This document shows positions 10,550 to 21,263 of a stretch of DNA of 64,000 nucleotides, one piece after another (position 1 is the stretch's first letter; each line of letters opens with the position of its first letter). Source of the stretch: Histomonas meleagridis 2922-C6/04-290x (Eukaryota; Protista; Parabasalia). The notes under the pieces were generated by a model. That model was not told where the DNA came from. It was given only the letters and a program-made list of their open reading frames with translations, and did no database searches. The translations under genes were made by a program, and so were the position numbers. The stretch spans positions 62,001 through 126,000 of the forward strand of contig JAANOX010000034.1 in assembly GCA_020184695.1 (NCBI GenBank). The letters run 5' to 3'.

Positions 10550-13071
10550 ATGGAAAGAGAACAAAAAGGAAACCAGAAAATTCAAGATGATATGGAAAAG
10601 CTAATATCAACACAGAATATAATATTTAATTTGAACAGTGAAAATATTGATAAAACAATAGATTTAATTATTAACATGTTTGATGTTGATCATCCATTTT
10701 CTTATAATCTTATTATTTCTCAAATGCTGTATATATTTTTTTGTGCAAGAGTACATTTTTCCAATATATTTGAAAGTTTAGTTAATAAATTTTTTAAGAA
10801 TAAAAATAAAATAAATATTTTTAATGATTTTGTTCATTTTCTAGTTAATTCAGAGAAACAAGAATCAAATTATCTTCTTGAATATATGCATGAAAATAAT
10901 TTTATTGAAGAAAAAATAGTAAAAAATTTAAAAACACCATATTTTGCCCACTTGAAATCATATTCAGAAAATAAAAAATTAAAAAAATTATAAATTTATG
11001 GACAAAGTCCTGAAAAATTATGAAGTTCTTTCAGCAAATAATTGGGAACTTCATAAGAAGTTAATTGAAGAAGGACATAATCCGAATGAGATAGCGAAAA
11101 TAATTCGAAATGATGAAGTTGAAAAACTTCAAGAAATATCATCACAAACAAATTTTGATTTTAATCAAGAAATTGAACCATCACTTTATGAAAGATGTTC
11201 TTTTATTAATAAAGAAGATGTTACATTAATTGATTATGCAGCATTCTTTGGATCAGTTAAATGTTTTAAATATTTACTTATGAATAATGCAAAAGTATAT
11301 AATGCAGGTAAATTTGCAGTTGCAGGTGGAAATGAAGAAATTATTCATTTATGTGAACAAAATCATTCATCATTTAAAAAAGCGTATGAATCAGCAATTC
11401 AATTTCATCGAAATGATGTCTTTAAATATATGTATGAAAATAAAATTATACAAGTTGATAATTTAGAAGCATTAGGAAAGAAATGCGTTTTATATCATAA
11501 TTATATTATTTTTGAATTTATGAAAGAAGAAGGAATGAAAATCAATGATAATATTATTAATAGAGCAGCAAAAATAGGAAATATTTTTCTTATGAAATAT
11601 TTCATTAAAGACAAGCAAATTCCAGAAAATATTTTAGTCTATTCAGTAGCTTCAAGAAATATTGAGCTTATAAATTATACTTTAGAACAAAAAGGAATTG
11701 ATGTTAATGCTAAAGATATTTATTTGTATTATTTGAATTTTATTTTAATAATTTTATATTTCAAAATAATATTTGGAAATTATTTAAATTATTTTGGGCA
11801 GCACTTATGTTTGCATCTAAAAATGGTCATACAGAAATAGTTAAATTACTTCTTAAACAAAAAGGAATTGATATTAATGCTAAAGATATTTATTTGTATT
11901 ATTTGAATTTTATTTTAATAATTTTATATTTCAAAATAATATTTGGAAATTATTTATTTTATTTAATACAGCACTTATAAGGGCATCTAAAAATGGTCAT
12001 ACAGAAATAGTTAAATTACTTCTTAAACAAAAAGGAATTGATATTAATGCTAAAGATATTTATTTGTCTTATTTGATGTTTGTTTTAATGATTTAATATT
12101 TCAAAATAATATTTGGAAATTATTTAAAATATTTGATACAGCACTTATGATCGCATCTGATGAAGGTTATACAGAAATAGTTAAATTACTTCTTGAACAA
12201 GAAGGAATTGATATTAATGCCAAAAATATTTATTTGTTTTATTTAAAATTTATTTTAATAATTTAATATTTCAAAATAATATTTGGAAATTATTTAATAC
12301 AGCACTTATATTAGCATCTTGGAATGGTCATACAGAAATAGTTAAACTACTTCTTGAACAAGAAGGAATTGATATTAATGCTAAAGATATTTATTTGTTT
12401 TATTTAATATTCGTTTTAATAATTTTCAATTTCAAAATAATATTTGGAATTTAATAAAAATATTTAAGACAGCACTTATGATTGCATCTAGATTAGAGAA
12501 TACTGAAATAGTGAAATTACTTCTTGAACATGAGGGGGTTGAAATTAATGGTAAAAATATTTGATAATATTATTTAATATTATTAATAATAACATAAAAT
12601 TTTATAATATTATTTGGAAATGATTCAAAATATTTTGTACACCACTTATTAAAGCGTCAAGTAAGGGTCATACAGAAATTGTTAAATTACTTCTTGGATA
12701 TAAAGGAATTGATTTCAACGCAAAAGACATTTATTTATTTTATTTAATATTTATTTTAATAATTTGGTATTTCATAATAAGATTTGGAAATTGCCTAAAT
12801 TTTTTAACACAGCACTTATTAATGCATCTTTATTTGGTCATATAGAAATTGTGAAATTACTTCTTGAACAAAAAGGAATTGATATTGGTGCTAAAAATAT
12901 TTATTTCTTTTATTTGAAATTTATTTTAATAAATTGAGATTTCAAAATAATATTTGGAAATTACTTTAATGATTTTGGACAGCACTTATTTTGGCAACTT
13001 ATATTGGTTATACAGAAATAGTCAAATTACTTAAAAGTGGCTCTCATAATAATAATATTTACAGAAAGTAA
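10550..13071 (+). CDS. DUF3447-type ankyrin-repeat protein; 8 loops split by 17-nt spacers (spliced model inferred); extra 1-nt frameshift near 10985
   Basis: IDYAAFFGSVKCFKYL / AVAGGNEEII DUF3447-like motifs in ORF 10998-11840. From 10998 to 13071 is 2074 nt; minus 31x17+8 nt of spacer gives 1539 nt = 513 codons ending AAG TAA A. Confidence 0.75.
11718..12975 (+). repeat. Ankyrin tandem array, period 170 nt (102 coding + 4x17 spacer), 8 loops
   Basis: K-D/K-N codons recur at about 11712, 11882, 12052, 12222, 12383, 12553, 12723 and 12893; the single 161-nt interval corresponds to one 8-nt spacer. Confidence 0.95.
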
Positions 13072-13323
13072 AAAGTGTCCATCCAACTATAGAATTATTA
13101 CTCCTAAACGCAACTTGTTTGAGTAAAGATATCTGAACCATTTTCATAACAAATTTATTCAATTATCGAGAGTCATCTCCACTTATCAAAGAAACCAAAC
13201 CCTTTTCCATAATAATAAAATCAATTTTAAACAAGTTTTATACATAATTATTATTATTTCTTTTAGCATAAATAAAAAATGACAACAAATAAATTTTATT
13301 TACAATGAATTATATTTATATAT

Positions 13324-16300
13324 TTATCCAAAATCTTCAATTACAGATGAAGATAGTAAAATATGTTCTTGAATTTGTGCGTTCATTAACTTATTCTTTT
13401 TATAATTACGATAAGTAATTAATGAAATCACAATAATTACAATGATAACAATACCACTAATTACAGTACTTATAATTATAGTAATAGTATTATCTTTTCT
13501 AGTATCCTTATTATACATACAAACATCAAAATAGTTATCAGGTTTAACACCTAAAATTCCATTCCATACAACAGAATTATTTAATTGATAATTTATATAA
13601 TTTTTAATATAAGGCAAACATAAAATGATATCAAACACATTATAACCATTTTTTTGTATTATGCTTCGATTAGTTTTACTAAAAACTTCTGCATTAAAAT
13701 TCGGAGGATCTTCAGGAAGAGAAATTATTGATAATGATTTACATCCTTCGAAAATTGATGTGTAAATATTATGTATTGTATGTAACTTAGGAATATGTAT
13801 GAACGAAAGTGATGTACAATTTTTAAAGATGAAATCGCCATCAAAAGTTGTTAAACGCTCTAAAATTATTGTTGTAAGTGAAACACAATTTTCAAATGCA
13901 TTATTTAATATATTATTTACTAAACTAAAATTCAGGTATTGTATTGAAACGCAATTTAAAAACGAAAATTGTTCAATTGTAACAACATTATCAAGTTGAA
14001 CTTTTGTAAGTTTTGAACAATTATAAAAACTATATGAAGTAACAATAGTTATCATTGGTAAATTAATAGACAAAAGATTTATACAATTTTCAAATGTTGA
14101 ATTTCCTATTGATTTGGTATTTGTTAATGTAATATTTGTAAGTGAAATACAATTCTTAAATGAATATGATGAAATTGTTTGAACATTTGTTAAATTAATA
14201 GTTATTAATGAAACGCAATCTCGAAATGATAAAACACCAATAAACTTCAAATTATTTAATGAGACATTTATTAGTGAAATACAATTTTGAAATGAAAAAT
14301 CATTAATACTTTCAACATTTGGTAAATCGATTAATTTTAACGATTTACAATCTTCAAATGCAGAAATTTCAATTTTTATTACATTTTCCATTAAAATTTC
14401 ATCAAGTAAAACACAATCTTTAAATGAACTTTCCTCAATGTTTATAAGGTAAGGAAATTCAATTCGTTTTAATGATTTACAATTTTCGAAAGAAGAAATT
14501 CCAATATTAATTACATTTTTTAATGTAACATTTATAAGTGAAAGACAATTAAAAAATGAAAAATCATAAATAATTTGAAGATTAGGAAAATCAATTTTTT
14601 CTAATGAAGTACAATATTCAAAAGCAGAATTTCCAATTTCAATTACATTTTTAAATTCAACTTTAACAAGTTCATAACAACTATTAAAAGCTGATTCACC
14701 AATATAAATAACATTAGGGAAATCAAAAGAATAAGAAATACATTTTCTAAATGCAAAATCTCCAATTGTTTTTACATTTGGTAATGTTACAATACCCAAA
14801 TTTATACAATTATCAAATGCATTTGAACATATTTCAGTTAAATTAGGAAAATATATTAAATATAAACTATTACATGATCGAAATGAAGATTCTTCGATTA
14901 CATTAACATAATAATTTTCGATTAACGTTAAACTATTACAATTTGAAAAACACCTTTTACTATAAGTTTTTAGTTTTTCAAATTTTAATGTTGAGATGCT
15001 CGAATTCATAAAGCATTCAATTCCGACTTTTTCAACATTTGGAATTTCTAACAGAAAAAGTGAATTTTGATCTTTAAAGCAACGATCGCCAATTTCAATA
15101 AGATTTTCAGCAACAAATTGCTCCAAATTTGTTCCTTGGAAAACATCACAACCAATTTTTCCTAAACTTGGTAACATTAAAGAATTAAGCATGTGGCAAT
15201 ATTGAAATGCATTATCATCACAAATTTTTAATGAGCTTAAATCAATATCATTTAAAGAACTATTATAAAAAGATCCTATTCCAATATATTCCAAATATGG
15301 CACATAAATATTTAATATATTTTGGAAATTACTAAAACAATAATCTCCTATTTCTTTCACATTAAAATCTAAAACAACATATTCATTTGTTACAGTCGAA
15401 TTCTCGAAACAAGATTTTCCAAATTTCTCACATAATGGCAAATAAATCGAATTAATTTTTTGATTAGAAAAAAGATAGTCAGGCGCAATAATTAAACTAT
15501 CCAAAGAAAAGTTACAAATTGCGTTTTGGTTTTGGAATAAATAATGAGAACAACTTATTAAAGATGGAGCTTCAATATTTCGTAATGAATCACATGTATC
15601 AAAGACATAATTTCCGGCTTCAATAAGTTTAGGAATAAAACATTTCGATAAATAAATACATTTTTCAAAAACTCGATTTCCTATTTTCGTTACGTTCGGT
15701 AAATTAATTGTTTTAAGTGATAAACAACAAGAAAAAGCTGAATCATCAACAAATGTAACAAATGGGAAATCAATCGCTTCTAATGTAGAACAAAATGAAA
15801 GTGATGAAGCGCCAATAATTTTAACCGAATTTAAATGAATTGTTGATAAATGTGTACATTCAGAAAAACAAAATTTCGTACAATTCTCTAAAATAGGAAA
15901 TGAAATACTTATAATGTGCAGACATTGGAAAAAACAACTTTCCCCAATAAAACTCACATTTGGACAATCAACTATTTCTATATTAAAACAATATGAAAAT
16001 GCAAAGTCACCAATTGTTGTTACATTTTCTCCAATTTCCACTATTTTTAAGTTATAACAATTGTAAAATATATAATTCCCAAGTTGAATAACTGAATTTG
16101 GAATTAGAATTTCTGTTAGCCCAAAACATTCATAAAATGAATAATCTGAAATTGTTTTAACATTTTCTCCTATAATAACACTGGATAAACGATTACAGAA
16201 TTGAAATGTGCTTTCTTCAATAGCTTTTAAATTATTGCCAGTAATAACTTTGGTTAATGATGTGCAATATGTAAACGCATTTCTGCCAACAGTTTGAACT

Positions 16301-16734
16301 GAATCTGGAATTGTTATGTTTTTTAAATTGCCGCATTCATGAAATGCATATTGGCCAATGGAATTAACTGAATTAGGCAAGATTATTGTTTCTAATTTTA
16401 AACAATAAATGAATACACTGGATGAAATTTCAGTAACGTTTCCACCAAGAATAACTTCCTTTAAATTTGAGCACGAATGAAATGCATTATTACTAATGAT
16501 GTTAATTGAATCACCAATAACCGCAGAAATCAAAGTTGTCCAGCCTAAAAAGGCATAGCTTTTAACAGACTGAATTTTTCCATAAACAAAAACATGCTCT
16601 GTTACATCTTTGTATTCATTTGTGAAATCACTTTCATTAAGAATAATTAATGTTTTATTTTCTTCGATATAACTTTGAAATGAATGAATCACAAATAGTG
16701 AAAAAACCAATAACATAATTCTTCGAATTAACAT
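13324..16734 (-). CDS. BspA-like leucine-rich repeat (TpLRR/LRR_5) surface protein
   Basis: Signal-peptide-like N-terminus, many IGxxAFxxCxxLxxIxLP repeats, C-terminal TM helix and short tail ending SSSVIEDFG. Confidence 0.92.
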   Translation of the reverse strand: MLIRRIMLLVFSLFVIHSFQSYIEENKTLIILNESDFTNEYKDVTEHVFVYGKIQSVKSYAFLGWTTLISAVIGDSINIISNNAFHSCSNLKEVILGGNVTEISSSVFIYCLKLETIILPNSVNSIGQYAFHECGNLKNITIPDSVQTVGRNAFTYCTSLTKVITGNNLKAIEESTFQFCNRLSSVIIGENVKTISDYSFYECFGLTEILIPNSVIQLGNYIFYNCYNLKIVEIGENVTTIGDFAFSYCFNIEIVDCPNVSFIGESCFFQCLHIISISFPILENCTKFCFSECTHLSTIHLNSVKIIGASSLSFCSTLEAIDFPFVTFVDDSAFSCCLSLKTINLPNVTKIGNRVFEKCIYLSKCFIPKLIEAGNYVFDTCDSLRNIEAPSLISCSHYLFQNQNAICNFSLDSLIIAPDYLFSNQKINSIYLPLCEKFGKSCFENSTVTNEYVVLDFNVKEIGDYCFSNFQNILNIYVPYLEYIGIGSFYNSSLNDIDLSSLKICDDNAFQYCHMLNSLMLPSLGKIGCDVFQGTNLEQFVAENLIEIGDRCFKDQNSLFLLEIPNVEKVGIECFMNSSISTLKFEKLKTYSKRCFSNCNSLTLIENYYVNVIEESSFRSCNSLYLIYFPNLTEICSNAFDNCINLGIVTLPNVKTIGDFAFRKCISYSFDFPNVIYIGESAFNSCYELVKVEFKNVIEIGNSAFEYCTSLEKIDFPNLQIIYDFSFFNCLSLINVTLKNVINIGISSFENCKSLKRIEFPYLINIEESSFKDCVLLDEILMENVIKIEISAFEDCKSLKLIDLPNVESINDFSFQNCISLINVSLNNLKFIGVLSFRDCVSLITINLTNVQTISSYSFKNCISLTNITLTNTKSIGNSTFENCINLLSINLPMITIVTSYSFYNCSKLTKVQLDNVVTIEQFSFLNCVSIQYLNFSLVNNILNNAFENCVSLTTIILERLTTFDGDFIFKNCTSLSFIHIPKLHTIHNIYTSIFEGCKSLSIISLPEDPPNFNAEVFSKTNRSIIQKNGYNVFDIILCLPYIKNYINYQLNNSVVWNGILGVKPDNYFDVCMYNKDTRKDNTITIIISTVISGIVIIVIIVISLITYRNYKKNKLMNAQIQEHILLSSSVIEDFG

Positions 16735-16975
16735 CTGATTAAAAATGGAACTTATGTTGCGGCCGTTTAGTAATACGTCAGAACAATGAAAAAATGTTTT
16801 TATTTTTTCTAATTCATCTTATTTTACTAAATAGTTTTAAACATTTTGTATCTATAAAGAAGAAACAAGAATATTTATTAATTTGTGTAAATATTTAGGA
16901 AATATGTAAACAGAATAAGAAATAATTGTATATACAACATTATACTAACAACCACTACCAGCAGTTGTGTGTTTT

Positions 16976-17515
16976 TTATGTTTGTGGGAGAATCGCATCA
17001 AAATGATCACACAAATTATCAAGTTGATTCTTTTTTAAAGAACATTCTTTGTACATGAAACTTGGAGCTCCCTGAATTGGTGGTATGGTTACTGGTCGGT
17101 ATATCAATCTCTCACCTTTTTCCAATTCAAATTTAATTTCATCATTTACACCACATGAAACAACATAAAGACCAACCGCTGGATGTCTTACATGTAATTT
17201 CGGGTGCTCAATTAACACTGCAAGAATTGAATCAGTTGTTCGAATTCTTCGTTTGATAGATTCAATGTTGGCTTCAATTTCAGCAATTTCTGTATGAGCA
17301 TTTTTTATAGCCCGAATCCTATTTTCCAGCTGAGCATTTTCGTTTTTGATTTCTTCAATTAATGCTTGATGAACTTGCTTATGTTCTTCAATTTTTCTTT
17401 GCAGATCTCTACTATCCTCTTTGACAGAGTTCACTCTCACGTTGATTAGTTCCCTGTATTTCTTTTCGATGGATTTATATTTATCTTTCCAATTTATTGA
17501 TTCTTCTGCATCCAT
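16976..17515 (-). CDS. Hypothetical coiled-coil protein with small globular C-terminus
   Basis: Open frame, heptad-rich N-half; likely start MDAEESINW at 17515. Confidence 0.65.
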   Translation of the reverse strand: MDAEESINWKDKYKSIEKKYRELINVRVNSVKEDSRDLQRKIEEHKQVHQALIEEIKNENAQLENRIRAIKNAHTEIAEIEANIESIKRRIRTTDSILAVLIEHPKLHVRHPAVGLYVVSCGVNDEIKFELEKGERLIYRPVTIPPIQGAPSFMYKECSLKKNQLDNLCDHFDAILPQT

Positions 17516-17608
17516 TTGAAAATAATAAACGAACACCAAATAAACGTCTTTTAAACGGCTGTTTCGAAAAGGAATTTTTATTTCATATGACATGTCGTAT
17601 TCGCTAAA

Positions 17609-18184
17609 ATGTCTACAAAAAAGCATAAAATTGTATTAATTGGCGACTTAGGTTCCGGGAAAACATGTTTTGCTTTAACATATAATGAAAAAAAATTTCC
17701 ATCAGATTACATTCCTGCGGTACTTGATGCGTTTACCGAAGAACAGATTTTCAACAAAAAAGAACATGAATTCCTAATAGTTGACTCACTTGGAAAAACA
17801 GAACTAGATAGAAATAGATGGGAAAACTATCATAATGCGGATATTTTCTTTTTATGTTTTTCAGTTGTTGATCCAGTATCTTATGAAAATGTAACTTCAA
17901 AGTGGATTGAAGAAATACAAAGTCATGAGGAAGATCCAAAGTATCTTTTAGTTGGAATGAAGACAGATTTAAGAGCGAATGAAACTATTATAAATTCATT
18001 GAGACAACAACTTTTACAACCGATTACACCTGAGCAAGGGATGGAGAAAGCACGTGAAATAGAAGCTTTAGATTACATGGAATGTTCAGCTTTAATGGGT
18101 GCTGGGGTTCAAGATGCTTTTGACGCTGGGATTCGTTTCATCCTTGAACCTCCACAAGAGGGTGGATGTTGTACAATATTTTAA
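17609..18184 (+). CDS. Rho/Rac-family small GTPase with divergent switch regions
   Basis: GDLGSGKT P-loop, YIPAVLD switch I, LVGMKTDLR, Rho insert, YMECSAL, CaaX-like CCTIF. Confidence 0.88.
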   Translation: MSTKKHKIVLIGDLGSGKTCFALTYNEKKFPSDYIPAVLDAFTEEQIFNKKEHEFLIVDSLGKTELDRNRWENYHNADIFFLCFSVVDPVSYENVTSKWIEEIQSHEEDPKYLLVGMKTDLRANETIINSLRQQLLQPITPEQGMEKAREIEALDYMECSALMGAGVQDAFDAGIRFILEPPQEGGCCTIF

Positions 18185-18571
18185 TGTAATTTATATATAT
18201 GTTATAAATGTAGATAATTATTCTTATTTTTCAATTGATTTATTCAAAACTTTTTTTAATATTTTATTATTAATCACATCTCTTATAATCGAAAAATCAA
18301 AATGAATAATTCATGAAATTAATTAATTTTTTATCTTTCACAACTTTTTTGAAAATGAAGTGGCAAAAATTACGACCGTGAGTTTAATTTCATTATTTTA
18401 CAGTTTTTTGAATGTGCGATAGGTTCCTTCGCTGATAAACCGCTTTGTCTTGCGGCATATGACAGAGTTTTATAAACTATTTAATTTTGAATAGGTGATA
18501 CGGTTATTATTAATTCCGTCAAAAGCTTGTTCTCAAATAGTTTCAAACAAACCCGTTAACAGAAGACACAC

Positions 18572-20260
18572 ATGTTCCTCCGCCATTATCTTCGAAAGCC
18601 AAGTTCTTCTCTTACTTTAAACCCTAGGATTGAGGCGAGGGAATCACCAATTCATCGTCTATTTCATTCAGCTCATACACCAACTTTAATTCCGTTATGC
18701 AATTCAAGTGATCTTAAGGCTAAAAGAGAAACAAATAATACAAACTCAAAACTAAAAGAAATCAAGCCAGTTGAAGAGAATGTTCCCGATCCAATTGCAG
18801 ATTTACCAATTTCTGAAAGTCGTTCAGATTCAAAGAATAGAAAGCCTGATATAATTTTAGTTGCTCAATCACCATTTCCTGAAATTCAAGATCCTACATT
18901 CCAACAAATATTCGAAAAGAAGATTGAAATTATTTTAACCAAATGTAATTTTGAAATTGACGATGCGGATAAAGAAGCCAAAGAAGTGAAAGAACATACT
19001 CTCAAAGAGTTCATTACACTTGTTCAAAATCCTCAAACACTAACTTCACTTCCTCAAGAATTAATAGATTCTTTATTCGATTCAATATCTACTGTTGTCT
19101 TCAGAGATCGTGCGAGCGTTTCCAAACTTTATCTAAATCCAGAAGATCCCATTCCATTTCATGAATCAGAAATGCCACATATCGCTCTTTTCTATCAACT
19201 TCTTCAAGAAATGATAAAATCTTGTCCAACTCTTTCATGTTTTGATGAAGCATTTACACGTAAGTTACTCAAATGTTTTACCACGCCAGATCTTGAAGAA
19301 AGATTACAAGCAGCACAAATCATCATTACCATTCTTGAAAAGATACCCTCTATGAAGCCACTTATCATCTCTACCATGCGTACTAATCTAACCGAATGTT
19401 TTTGTAATGAAATGATTCCTTATGTAATCCATCCAACGTTAACTGTCCTTTTATATTATTTCCAGAAGTCACCTCATATTGACGCTAGCCATGAGTCGGT
19501 CCAGATCTACATAAAGGACGTTCTCCTCATCTTAGGCTCGAGTTACTTCCCGATGTTCTCAACCGCCATTCAACAAGTAATTGAATACTTTGTCAAAACC
19601 GCTCCAACGCTTGTTGGTTCACCGACGCTGGCGGCCTTGGTGAAGCACTACCCAAGGACGAGTGTGCCGAAGACGATTTCCTTTTTGTCAATGATTGCGA
19701 CTACGTTAGCAAAGACGCCTTGGGACTTCAAGAAATATATGGGAACCATTTTTAAGATTTATGCAGAAGCTGCAATATCATCACATATTAAGGTGAGCAA
19801 CGCTTCAATGTCGATTTGGCATAAGATTGAATTGGAATCACTTATTATTGACAATTCAAATTTCATATTTAGTACAGTAATGGACGTGTTAATACCGTCT
19901 TCTTCAAGCCAATGGTCACCAGATATAACTAAGAATATTGACTTGATTCTACAACAGATGAATAGAATAGACTTATTTGTATTTCAAGAACTTTGCAGAA
20001 AGAAAAAGAATGAAAAGACACCGCAAAACCCAGAGCTCAAAAAATGGGCTGTGTTGGCAAGAGCTGCAAATCGGCAAGATAGAGAAGTTAATCTTGCATC
20101 AAAGCTTGCACAGATACAGATGACATTCTCAAAGCCAGAGCATCGGATAGAAGAAAAAAGGAAGAGTTTACCATCGATACATACAAATTCAGCGGTGGTT
20201 TCTTCAAAACCGGCGAATCCAAAAGCGCTTGTAAAGCCAAAAGTGCTATCGCCTTTTTGA
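18572..20260 (+). CDS. Protein phosphatase 2A regulatory subunit B56 (B') family
   Basis: FEKKIEIILTKCNF, KEHTLKEF, ESEMPHIALFYQLL, TPDLEERL, AISSHIKVSNASMSIW match B56 landmarks. Confidence 0.8.
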   Translation: MFLRHYLRKPSSSLTLNPRIEARESPIHRLFHSAHTPTLIPLCNSSDLKAKRETNNTNSKLKEIKPVEENVPDPIADLPISESRSDSKNRKPDIILVAQSPFPEIQDPTFQQIFEKKIEIILTKCNFEIDDADKEAKEVKEHTLKEFITLVQNPQTLTSLPQELIDSLFDSISTVVFRDRASVSKLYLNPEDPIPFHESEMPHIALFYQLLQEMIKSCPTLSCFDEAFTRKLLKCFTTPDLEERLQAAQIIITILEKIPSMKPLIISTMRTNLTECFCNEMIPYVIHPTLTVLLYYFQKSPHIDASHESVQIYIKDVLLILGSSYFPMFSTAIQQVIEYFVKTAPTLVGSPTLAALVKHYPRTSVPKTISFLSMIATTLAKTPWDFKKYMGTIFKIYAEAAISSHIKVSNASMSIWHKIELESLIIDNSNFIFSTVMDVLIPSSSSQWSPDITKNIDLILQQMNRIDLFVFQELCRKKKNEKTPQNPELKKWAVLARAANRQDREVNLASKLAQIQMTFSKPEHRIEEKRKSLPSIHTNSAVVSSKPANPKALVKPKVLSPF

Positions 20261-20514
20261 GAGAAACCGTAGATTTGTTTGAAATTTTGGCTATCGTTGT
20301 AATATTCTTCAGACAAAATATTTTTATAAATGCTTTGTTTTTTTGTTCCAGATATATGTAACTCAGGTTACAGTTTTTATTGTTAATAGAGAATAATGCG
20401 ATTTTTTTTGTCGATAATATTTTTCAGATTTTATTGTTAAAATTTTATTTTATATAACATTTCGCTTTTAAACGTTTTTGGCGCCGTTTTTTAAAATCTA
20501 GAAAAAGGTTTTGG

Positions 20515-21258
20515 ATGAAACCAATTGTATTCCATAAATCTCCTTTGGAGAAGCTCAGTCAGTTATCAAGACGTAAGACAACTCAATTAAATAAACAGGA
20601 TCTCGAACAAAAAAAAATTCATGAATTAAGTCCAAATATCTTTTATGGACTTAAAGTTCGTATAGCTTTAACTAATTATATAAAGAAGACACTTATTTCC
20701 AATTCATTAAAATCACATGGAGCTATTATTATATCAGATGATTTTAAAATTGATCCAGATGTTGTCATTGTAGAAAATGCTAAAAATCATAAAAACAACG
20801 GCAAAGTAAAGTTTGTTGATTTTAAACAAATCCCATGGGTTGATAAACCAATACAAGATGAACAGCCATTTAAAGGCGTTGTTGTAGTTGATTCCAATCA
20901 TCAACGATGTCCAAAATTCAAAGAAATCGATAAACTTCCGGATTTATATCTCCAACCTTTACCAAATCATCATGTCTTATCACCATTTATTCCACCCAAA
21001 GATAACATAAAGCCCGAAACGTCCACATCAACGACGCCCACAAAAAAGAGTTCTAAACCTGTCATTGATCATACTAATCCACCAGATTGTGGGTATTGTG
21101 AGATATGCATGTGTAATTATATTGATGCCGAATGTCATCGTTCCTCCAAAGAGCACATTACCAAATCGGAGCGCGACGATTTATTTGCTGAACTTGATGA
21201 ACTTATAAGCGACATCAACTCAGAGTATTTACTAAATAAAATAGAAATTTATTTTTAA
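20515..21258 (+). CDS. Dbf4-like protein (BRCT-like N region, C-terminal zf-DBF motif)
   Basis: CGYCEICMCNYIDAECHRSSKEH resembles the Dbf4 motif-C zinc finger GYCExCxxxYxxxxxHxxSxxH. Confidence 0.55.
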   Translation: MKPIVFHKSPLEKLSQLSRRKTTQLNKQDLEQKKIHELSPNIFYGLKVRIALTNYIKKTLISNSLKSHGAIIISDDFKIDPDVVIVENAKNHKNNGKVKFVDFKQIPWVDKPIQDEQPFKGVVVVDSNHQRCPKFKEIDKLPDLYLQPLPNHHVLSPFIPPKDNIKPETSTSTTPTKKSSKPVIDHTNPPDCGYCEICMCNYIDAECHRSSKEHITKSERDDLFAELDELISDINSEYLLNKIEIYF

Positions 21259-21263
21259 TAAAA

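Noticed and set aside
11718-11801. One conventional GT-AG intron per repeat, using the recurring ACAG as acceptor
   Set aside because: ACAG is just ACA-GCA (Thr-Ala) and disappears where the codons are ACA CCA (12639-12644) or ACA TCA (about 37695). No GT is conserved at the 5' side, and such splicing would delete the conserved loop Gly and Thr.
11718-12975. T4 gene 60-style ribosomal hop over the spacers
   Set aside because: Take-off and landing triplets do not match (for example GAT versus TTT), and four hops per repeat would be needed. Not formally excluded, but unsupported.
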